Below, piece after piece: positions 20,765 through 29,731 of a DNA stretch of 64,000 nucleotides. The stretch is from an uncultured Actinomycetes bacterium (lineage in GTDB: Bacteria > Actinomycetota > Actinomycetes > S36-B12 > UBA10799). Location of the stretch: the NCBI GenBank assembly GCA_963752505.1, contig CAVVYM010000003.1, positions 158,223 through 222,222 on the forward strand, written 5' to 3'. The notes beneath the pieces were generated by a model. It ran no database searches. It saw only the letters and a program-made list of their open reading frames with translations, and was not told the origin of the DNA. Positions within the stretch are counted from its first letter, which is position 1, and each line of letters begins with the position of its first letter. The position numbers were made by a program, and so were the translations under genes.

Positions 20765-21862
20765 GTGGACGATCCGCTAGCTCGGCCCCTGCGTTTGCCC
20801 GATTTCGAAGTGGCGAATCGCGTTTTCATGGCCCCACTCACGCGCTCGCGTGCTGGGGCCGAGGGAGTGCCCACAGCCCTCATGGCCGACTACTACGCCC
20901 AGCGGGCCTCGGCCGGGCTCATCATCTCTGAAGCGACGAACATCTCCGAGGTGGCTCGAGGATTCGGCGATACCCCGGGACTGTTCAACGATGATCAGGT
21001 CGCCGGTTGGCGTCTGGTGACCGATGCCGTCCACCGACGCGGTGGGCGGATATTCGCGCAGTTGTGGCACACCGGGCGGGTGTCCCACGAAGACCTTCAC
21101 CCAGGCCAACCCTGCGTGTCCTCCTCGGCCGTGAGCTGCGACGCCTGCATGGCCTTCGTGTTCACCGACGGGGTCGGCAAGCGCGTGCCGGCGAGCTCTC
21201 CGGTGGCGCTTGATGCTGCGGGCATCGAACAGACCATTGACGACTACTGCAACGCGGCGCTCCGGGCCATGTCGGCTGGCTTCGACGGCGTTGAGATCCA
21301 CGCCGCCAACGGATACTTGCTGCACCAGTTCTTGGCCAGCAACGTCAACGAGCGGACCGACGAATACGGGGGCTCCGCGACGAATCGGGCGCGACTGGTG
21401 GTCGAAGTTACGGATGCCGTGAGCGACCGGATCGGAGCTGGCCGAGTGGCGGTGAGAGTCTCGCCCATCTTCCGCGGCAACGGCATCGCCGATCGCGACC
21501 CCGCCGAGACGTTCAGCACGGTTGGCGCGCTGTTGGACTCTCGCGGCTTGGCGTACCTCCACTTGGCCGACACTTCGGTGATGGCGAAGGGCGTCGATTC
21601 GGACATGGCCGGGGTGTTGGCCGCGATCGGTGGGTCCTACGGTGGCCGGATCGTGCTCAATGGCGCCTACGATGCCGCCCGAGCGCGCGCCGACATCGCC
21701 GAGGGTAGGGCCGACGCCATCGCCTTCGGTCGGGCCTTCCTGGCCAATCCCGATCTGCCTGCGCGGCTGTTCGCGGATGCGCCGCTCAACCCACCGAATC
21801 CGGCGACCTACTACGGGGGCACTGAAGTCGGCTATACGGACTATCCGGCACTGCCAGGCTGA
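20765..21862 (+). CDS. NADH:flavin oxidoreductase, Old Yellow Enzyme family (alkene/N-ethylmaleimide reductase-like)
   Basis: 365 aa. MAPLTRSRA, QLWHTGR, and GFDGVEIHAANGYLLHQFL are classic OYE motifs. Confidence 0.9.
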   Translation: MDDPLARPLRLPDFEVANRVFMAPLTRSRAGAEGVPTALMADYYAQRASAGLIISEATNISEVARGFGDTPGLFNDDQVAGWRLVTDAVHRRGGRIFAQLWHTGRVSHEDLHPGQPCVSSSAVSCDACMAFVFTDGVGKRVPASSPVALDAAGIEQTIDDYCNAALRAMSAGFDGVEIHAANGYLLHQFLASNVNERTDEYGGSATNRARLVVEVTDAVSDRIGAGRVAVRVSPIFRGNGIADRDPAETFSTVGALLDSRGLAYLHLADTSVMAKGVDSDMAGVLAAIGGSYGGRIVLNGAYDAARARADIAEGRADAIAFGRAFLANPDLPARLFADAPLNPPNPATYYGGTEVGYTDYPALPG

Positions 21863-21905
21863 GGTTCGTCGGGCCCATGCGCCGCGCCGGCCATAGCGCC
21901 GGGGA

Positions 21906-23534
<1,629 letters not shown>

Positions 23535-23824
23535 GTCGGCCCTCCGATCCGGGGTACCTCCGGTGCGGCCGGAACCCCTGTGATTCACCGTAGCGGCGGT
23601 GTGTGCAACGCGTGGGAACCGCATTGCTCGGGCTACGCCGGTGCGAAGCCGAGGCAGCGCCGAATAGATCCTGCTGTGCGGCAGTATTCTGCCCTGGCAC
23701 TACTCGTGCCATCGTCCCTCGAACATAGAGCCGGAACCGACGAGGTGGGGCAGATGGCAGTTGCCGAACAGAACGCCAAGCAGGTGTAGGGCCTGCAAAC
23801 CCGGGGGTTCTCGGTGCAGGGTCG

Positions 23825-24139
23825 TTAGTCCCACCAACCCCCTTCGTCGTGAAATCCGTTGCGCCGGCGGCGCTCCTCTTTGTCGATCCGGGAGAAGATC
23901 TGCTCCGGGCGGCCAGCGGCCCAGGTTCCCAGCCCTCGGCAGAGCACGAGGAGTTCGTCCTCGAGTCGGGTGCGAATAGCGTCACGGTCTGGGAACGGAG
24001 CGCTGTCGTCGCGGGCCCATCGGTCAAGCTCGACCTCGTAGGCCTGAGCGACGGCTTGGTCGAGATGCAGCCGGGCCCGCACGTTGACCTCGGCGCGCAC
24101 GGCCGCCGAAGGGCGCCGGTCGAACGGGGTTTCAGGCAT
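23825..24139 (-). CDS. hypothetical protein (104 aa)
   Basis: ATG 24139 is preceded by GGGAGGAT. Its start overlaps the stop of the upstream ORF by 8 nt. No family recognised. Confidence 0.5.
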   Translation of the reverse strand: MPETPFDRRPSAAVRAEVNVRARLHLDQAVAQAYEVELDRWARDDSAPFPDRDAIRTRLEDELLVLCRGLGTWAAGRPEQIFSRIDKEERRRRNGFHDEGGWWD

Positions 24140-24752
24140 GATCCTCCCTCTCCCGAGCAGCAGGTCCGTCCGGTTGTGGACAGAGTTCACCTGCGTCGGT
24201 CGCTCGGGAGGGGGATCTCGCTCTACCCGGGCAGTCCAACCACGGGACGGCTGCGAACATTCCACATCTGAGCCCAACGGGACTTCGGCACTGCTCGGGC
24301 GGCAAGTCGGCACCGGAACAGCACCGACTCGTCGGTTCCCGTGGACCACGAGCGCGATGCCGCCGCACAGGTCTAGGGGGTGTAGGCGGCGATTTCTGAG
24401 ACTCGGAGCACCGACCATTGGCATTGGTGAGCGTGTCGTAACTCTCGAGGTCGATCACGGCCATCGGTCCGCCTGGCTCGCACACAAGCATGACTTCCGA
24501 CCCATTCCCCACGTTCGAGACGGCCACGCCCCAACCCAACCAGGACGTCTCCACATCGAAATTGGGCTGGGTGACAGTGGCAACCACTTTGGCCGCCTTT
24601 GACGTGGGGATGTCGATGTTCAGGTACTGCGGGAACGGATCCGTGGGGTACAGATTCAGCGTGCCGCCGCTCTCATCCCAGGAGAGGCCGGGTTCGACTC
24701 TGAACTCCACGTCACGCGAGGTGGTGTAGTCCTTTGGCAGATCAAGACTCAT
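24132..24752 (-). CDS. hypothetical protein; credible N-terminal domain, doubtful Arg/Pro/Cys-rich C-terminal third
   Basis: ATG 24752 with a GAGGTG SD. The first ~115 aa (MSLDLPKDYTTSRDVEFRVEPGLSWDESGG...) look like a real beta-rich domain. The last ~90 aa have 7 Cys and many Arg/Pro, and third-position GC is only about 60%. Confidence 0.4.
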   Translation of the reverse strand: MSLDLPKDYTTSRDVEFRVEPGLSWDESGGTLNLYPTDPFPQYLNIDIPTSKAAKVVATVTQPNFDVETSWLGWGVAVSNVGNGSEVMLVCEPGGPMAVIDLESYDTLTNANGRCSESQKSPPTPPRPVRRHRARGPREPTSRCCSGADLPPEQCRSPVGLRCGMFAAVPWLDCPGRARSPSRATDAGELCPQPDGPAAREREDHA

Positions 24753-24807
24753 GGCGCTCACCTCGCCCTACTCCCCAATTTCCACGGAACTCCGCCCCGG
24801 CGCGCCG

Positions 24808-25755
24808 TCACCTCAGGCTTGGAGAAGGGGGGAGCGCATCCAGCCAGGCCAGCCATGCCCGCGCGCGGTCGAGGTTTCGGACTTGGCGGATCAACAAAGC
24901 GTCGCCCTGCGTCGAGAGCTTCGCGGCCTGTCGGAGTTTGCCCGCATCAACGAGGTCAAGAAGGACCCCTGGCGCCTCCTCCATCACCCTCTCCACCCTC
25001 GCGGCAACCGCCCGTTGGATCCCACTTGCCGGGTAGTCCCGAATGTAGGCACCCATGTTCTTGCCGCGGCGCCACACGACCTTGCCCGGCAATAGATCCG
25101 CGACCGATCGGCGCATAAGCAGCCGGTCGCGCCTAAAGTTGGCCTTCTCGATGGCCGGGGTCGAAAGATACTGCTGGATTAGCCGCGCGTCCAGGAGCGG
25201 CCAACTCATTTCCACACCTAACTTGGCGGCCACAAGTGAACACTCAACGGTTCGGTTGCTGACGTGAGCGCCCTGAAGGCGCTTGATGACTCTTGCGTTT
25301 ACGGACTCGCCTCGCCATGCCCAGGTGGCCCTCGTCGACGCATATGCTTGTGCAACTTCGGGGATCTGGACAACGTCTTGGCCAAGGATTGAGGCGCGGA
25401 TCTCCAAGTCGCCTGTCCATGTCCTGTGGGTCTGGCCGTATCCCAACTCCGCTCGCCACTGTGCAGCCAACTGTTGCAGCCCGCGTACTGGATGCCCAAA
25501 TTGCGCACCCAGTGATCCAAGGAGCCGACGCCGGGCGACCATTTCGGCGACCAAGGCACGCGACACCGGCGCTGAGACGCCCTCGTCCCCGCCGAACCCG
25601 GACAGCAGGGTGCGGCCCCCTTGTGCAACGACTGCTTCACTCATGGTTCGGGTGAATTGGTCCATCCCTGACTGCGTCGGAACGCCCAGGCACGGCAGCG
25701 AGAGAGACCTGTATTCGTCTTCCTCAATCTCAAAAAGCATATGGGTCGAGGTCAC
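24808..25755 (-). pseudogene. asparagine synthetase-family protein (AsnB / lasso-cyclase type), 5'-truncated: C-terminal half only
   Basis: LLSGFGGDEG (the xxGxGxDE motif), ...EMSWPLLDARLIQ..., ...LPGKVVWRRGKNMG match the AsnB synthetase-domain C-terminus. The glutaminase domain and SGGxDS PP-loop are absent. The frame closes with TGA about 17 codons upstream of GTG 25755. Confidence 0.7.
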
Positions 25756-26093
25756 TCGAGCCTTCTGACAGATGGCAATCTCCGATTCAGGCTCCAGCCG
25801 TCCATCCGCGTGTCAACAGCGGTTGAACATTGAGCCGGTTTCTGCGGTTGAAAGTTGAGCCACCTCTGGTTGTCAGTCTTGGTCGTTGGCGGCTGTGGTC
25901 CGTCACCGATTCCGCTTCGCTTGAGGCCGACATCCCGGCGTTGGCGCAGATGTGGCAGGCCCGAGAAGCATTCTGGCTGTTCTACCCCAAGAAGCCGCAC
26001 GTGAGCACGGATCTCGGCAGGGATCGGGTCTGCTCGATGAGTAAGGCTCCGGCCCCTCCCTGCAATCCCGATCCTCCCAGGCAGGCCAACTCC

Positions 26094-26269
26094 AACCAGA
26101 GCCGCGTGTCGGAATCGAACCGACGACCGTCCGCTTACAAGACGGAAGCACGATCGCGGGTTTCGTGCTTGGAATGACCTTCCGTCTCGGCGATTACTGC
26201 AGATTTGCTACACGGATTCCTTTGCTAGACGGATTTCGCCGGAGGTAGTTCGGGGAGGGTGGCGGCGGC
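26094..26269 (-). repeat. direct repeat copy 1: exact 43-nt copy of the tRNA-Thr 3' half (26099-26141) plus a ~130-bp conserved hairpin module
   Basis: 26099-26141 is identical to 29491-29533. The whole 176 bp aligns at roughly 90% with 27451-27609, apart from two small indels. Confidence 0.9.
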
Positions 26270-26502
26270 ACCGTCCCTGCCTGGCTGAGATGAAATCGCG
26301 AGCGCAGCTCGCACCCGAGTGGGGAGTGTCGCTCTCCACTCCTGAAGCGGCTGAGCGCTCGGGTCGACTTCCCGACGGCGGTACGACTTGGCGGGCCGGT
26401 CCGTTGGGTGGCCGATTCGGCGCCGACGACCGGTGAGGGGGTGCGGGTGCGTCGGGATGGCCTTGCCGACACCGTGGTGGCGCTTGAGGGACACCATGGC
26501 GC

Positions 26503-26769
26503 TTAGCCGGGTCGGTAGACATCCGAGCGATGGTCGATGCGGAGGATCTCGACGAGATTGGCGTCATCGTCAATCGCGTACAGGATCCGATACGACCCGC
26601 GCCGGGCGCCGAAGAGGCCCTCGAGTTCCCGCTGGAGAGGCTTGCCCACGCGATGCGGAGATGTGGCCAAGTCGCCGAAGGCGAACTCGACGATCGCGGG
26701 GACGATGCGCGGAGGGACGCGCTGGAGGTCCCGAACTGCGGTGGCGGTCAGGACGACCTCGTGGGTCAT
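26503..26769 (-). CDS. type II toxin, RelE/ParE family
   Basis: 88 aa: MTHEVVLTATAVRDLQRVP...GARRGSYRILYAIDDDANLVEILRIDHRSDVYR. Start overlaps the antitoxin stop by 4 nt. Confidence 0.85.
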   Translation of the reverse strand: MTHEVVLTATAVRDLQRVPPRIVPAIVEFAFGDLATSPHRVGKPLQRELEGLFGARRGSYRILYAIDDDANLVEILRIDHRSDVYRPG

Positions 26770-27047
26770 TGGTGACGGGTCGGGACGTTGAACTCGGCTC
26801 GAATTTGCTCCTGCGTTTGGACGCGGCCGGCGGCCACGTCCGCCTTCGCCTCGCCGATGGTCTCGCGAATCCCCGGCTGCGATAACCAGAACAGCGTCTC
26901 CTGGAGGGACTCCCACTCGTCCATACCGATCAGCACCGCGGCCGGAGTGCCGTTCTTGGTGATCGTGACCTGCTCGTGCGTGACTGATGCGGCGTCGACC
27001 AGGTCGTTGAGCCGGTCCTTCACTTTGGAGATCGGAAGGGTCTGCAT
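26766..27047 (-). CDS. type II antitoxin, Phd/YefM family
   Basis: 93 aa: MQTLPISKVKDRLNDLVDAASVTHEQVTITKNGTPAAVLIGMDEWESLQETL. Confidence 0.85.
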   Translation of the reverse strand: MQTLPISKVKDRLNDLVDAASVTHEQVTITKNGTPAAVLIGMDEWESLQETLFWLSQPGIRETIGEAKADVAAGRVQTQEQIRAEFNVPTRHQ

Positions 27048-27450
27048 AGTGGCAGCATAGGCGTGAATAAGGGCCCTGCCAAGGCCATGAGGCGGACTTG
27101 GGGGAGGCCTTGGTGGGGGCCGGTCCCGGTGCGGTGCGGCAGTTGGGCGGCCGCCTTGCGCGTTCCGGGCGATCGACCTGTGGCAACTCAGCCACGAAGT
27201 CCCCCGATGGCGCCGGGCGAGTGCGACCTCAAGAACAAGGGCGAACTTCGCACGCAACTTCGCCAACTGCGCGGGGATGGCAATGCGACCCCAGCGAGAG
27301 TCAACCGGGGATAGTTTAGCTGCGGCGGTTCCTGCCACGAATCTGCAGCCGCGGTAGCCGATTTGCCCGGACCTGGCCAGGTTCGCCAGGGCCGGGCCCC
27401 ACTCAGGTCAATCCAACATTCGCGTATCCACACAGGTCAGAACCACATTT

Positions 27451-27609
27451 AACCAGAGCCGCGTGTCGGAATCGTACCGACCACCGTCCGCCTACAAGAC
27501 GGAAGCACGATCGCCGTTTTCGTGCTCAGAATGACCTTCCGTCTGGTCGATTGCTACAGATCTACTAGACGGATTTCGCCGGAGGTAGTTCAGGGAGGGT
27601 GGCGGCGGC
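27451..27609 (-). repeat. direct repeat copy 2: 40/43 copy of the tRNA-Thr 3' half (27456-27498) plus the conserved hairpin module
   Basis: Aligned by eye to 26094-26269 and to the tRNA. Three substitutions in the tRNA-derived part. Confidence 0.85.
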
Positions 27610-27898
27610 CAAGGCACCGCACACCTTCGGTGCCGGTGTCCCAGAACGGTCTTACCAACCACCCGAACCCGCCACCCCGGTCTCAACCGCGACGAAGGCA
27701 AACGGAGTAGGCGCGCCTTGGTTTGGGTGATGTCCACCACGTCAACGTCCACGTCCCCGGACCTTCGCAGTGACGATGGCGCCTACTTGGTCGCGTCAGG
27801 CATGCGGCCGAGCCTCGGGGGGATGTGGTCCCCCGTGTCGCCGCTGCTGCGTCGCTGTCGCGTCTGGCTTGCGCCCAGCACTGCCAGATCCCGCGCAC

Positions 27899-28525
27899 TC
27901 ATGGCGCACCGAGGCCGAGCCGCTGGCGGGCGACGGGGCCGGGTGCATCGTCGGCGAGCCATCCCGCCCAGTCGCCGCCAGCTCCCATGTATCCGGAGTA
28001 CAGCTTCGCCACGGCCTCGGGGTCCGAGGCGATCTCATCCCAGGAGCGCCCGGCCAGGGCGGGATGTTCGTCCTTCAGCGACTGCAGCAAGAGGGCGGCT
28101 TGCCAGTCATTGAGGACGGGCTGTAGAGAGAAGTAGGGCAAGAGCTTGTCGAGTCGTGGATCTTGGACCGCGTCGATGCGCAGGTAGTCGTGCTCAAGGG
28201 CGTAGCCGATGAGTCCGCGGACCGTGCGGGCCTTGATTCGGTAGGGGCCGATGGAGGAGTTGAGACGGTACACGAGATGCGGGGCCAGGACGCCAACGCT
28301 GTCCTGGGCGTCCTTCACCAGCCTGCGCCACGTCGGGAGCCCCTGGTACCACCGGACCTCCGCGCCTCGCACAGCGTCGAGGACGCTCTCGGGCACCATC
28401 GGCCCCCGAAGTCGCACATTCATCCGGTCGACCAGTCTGGATCGCCTGACCGCGAGGATCATTAACAGGGCGAGCAGCAGGAGCGCACCGAGGGCTACGC
28501 CAGCTTCAAGCGACACCCAATCCAT
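27899..28525 (-). CDS. membrane-anchored hypothetical protein (208 aa)
   Basis: N-terminal TM helix (GVALGALLLLALLMILAV) followed by a non-repetitive soluble domain with normal composition. No family recognised. Confidence 0.55.
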   Translation of the reverse strand: MDWVSLEAGVALGALLLLALLMILAVRRSRLVDRMNVRLRGPMVPESVLDAVRGAEVRWYQGLPTWRRLVKDAQDSVGVLAPHLVYRLNSSIGPYRIKARTVRGLIGYALEHDYLRIDAVQDPRLDKLLPYFSLQPVLNDWQAALLLQSLKDEHPALAGRSWDEIASDPEAVAKLYSGYMGAGGDWAGWLADDAPGPVARQRLGLGAP

Positions 28526-28621
28526 GGCGACATGCTACGGCGCGCCAGGAGCCCCGGCGACTGGCGCGGTGGACCTGGGAGTCGGCGCAGATCGTAAGGC
28601 TTCCCCCCTCCGAAGCCCGGC

Positions 28622-29155
28622 GTGCTGCCGGCGATCTGCGCTCGACGGGTGAAGCTCTTGCCACCGGGTGCCGCCACGGGAAGGGGCGTGATCCGTGTCG
28701 CCGGTTGGGCGACGGTCGTCTCGGCCGCGACGGTGGCGTACGCCGGGTCCATCGTGGCGTTCACGATGCTCCCGCTTCCGCAGGTCACCGCCGATTTCTG
28801 CACGCGCCGCGAACTACACGAATACCGGAGCCTGGTGCCAGGCTCGTCCTTCGCGCAGGTGCTTGACTACGCCGCCGCGAACGGGGCGATCGCCTCGCTG
28901 ACGAGCACTGCGTTTCCTCGCTGCCCGGTGATGGTCAGCGGCTCGGACTCGTCGTTCACCTGGTCGAGCAGGCAGTACAAGTTTGCTCGTGCAGTCGTTG
29001 CGCTCACTATGGTCATGGAATCCACCTCCCCAACCGCGGTACGTCTTTACGTACGCTGGGCCAAGTGGCAGTGGCCGGTGCTTGGTGCCGACTGCCGCGA
29101 ACACCCTGTGGTTGACCGAAAAGGGCGAGGACGTGGTCGACCGGCTGGCTCCTGA
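28622..29155 (+). pseudogene. possible VanZ-like membrane protein fragment (N-terminal part only)
   Basis: The segment AYAGSIVAFTMLPLPQVTADFC...SLVPGSSFAQVLDY resembles the start of actinobacterial VanZ-family proteins. The remainder loses protein-like character. Weak call. Confidence 0.25.
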
Positions 29156-29168
29156 TCAGGAGGATTTC

Positions 29169-29324
29169 TCAGGCCAGGGCTGCGCGTAGTGCTCGTCCTG
29201 TGGCTGGGGTGATGGGCCGTAGTTCCGCCACCAGATGCCCGTCGCGGGTGATGCGAATCGTCTCCCCCCGCTCGACTCGATCAAGCACTTCGGAGAAGCC
29301 CCGAGAGGCGTGTGTGGCGGTCAC
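29169..29324 (-). CDS. orphan Phd/YefM-type antitoxin-like protein (51 aa)
   Basis: From GTG 29324: (M)TATHASRGFSEVLDRVERGETIRITRDGHLVAELRP..., the canonical N-terminal antitoxin fold. No credible toxin ORF downstream. The longer listed ORF (to 29639) runs through the tRNA and is spurious. Confidence 0.55.
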   Translation of the reverse strand: MTATHASRGFSEVLDRVERGETIRITRDGHLVAELRPITPATGRALRAALA

Positions 29325-29488
29325 CGTTCTCGTGTAGTCACGATTATCAGAGTTCTGCTGCTGGAGAGTTGATTCTTCGTCACGACGAGCCCGGCGGTGG
29401 GTGGATGTGAAAGGCCGCAGATCAGCCTGTGCAGGGTGCACGTTCACTGCTGAGGGCCTGAACTCGCTAGCCCGGGTTGCCTGGTTCT

Positions 29489-29564
29489 TGGAGCCGCGTG
29501 TCGGAATCGAACCGACGACCGTCCGCTTACAAGGCGGGTGCTCTGCCGACTGAGCTAACGCGGC
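29489..29564 (-). tRNA. tRNA-Thr (anticodon UGU), CCA encoded
   Basis: Reverse complement is GCCGCGTTAGCTCAGTCGGCAGAGCACCCGCCTTGTAAGCGGACGGTCGTCGGTTCGATTCCGACACGCGGCTCCA. It folds as a cloverleaf: 7-bp acceptor stem, GTTCGATTC T-loop, and anticodon loop CTTGTAA. Confidence 0.9.
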
Positions 29565-29731
29565 GCACGGCCATGACCCGGACCGGTGGGCGAGCCAAGG
29601 CGTCGACCCCAAGCGTAGGGGGCACACTTCCTTGCCCACACGACAACCCGGGCCCCAGCAGGTTGCTAGCCTCAGCGAAGGTCATCCGACGGCACCCCGC
29701 CCGACCGTCGGGCGCGTAGTTGGGAGACCGC

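Larger units (their letters stand above)
26099..29564 (-). mobile_element. two tandem, apparently integrase-less island remnants inserted at the 3' half of tRNA-Thr
   Basis: Three direct copies of the 43-nt att-like core. Cargo is TA modules and unknowns. Stretches here are visibly less GC-rich than the flanks. Confidence 0.6.

Noticed and set aside
23825-25755. Lasso-peptide (or other RiPP) biosynthetic cluster
   Set aside because: Only the C-terminal half of the AsnB-like enzyme is present (no PP-loop). I see no RRE/PqqD-like gene, no transglutaminase-like protease, no ABC exporter and no plausible short precursor. At best this is a remnant.
29169-29639. 156-aa ORF reading through tRNA-Thr
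   Set aside because: Only the last 51 codons (antitoxin-like) are credible. The upstream part includes the tRNA gene itself translated as protein.
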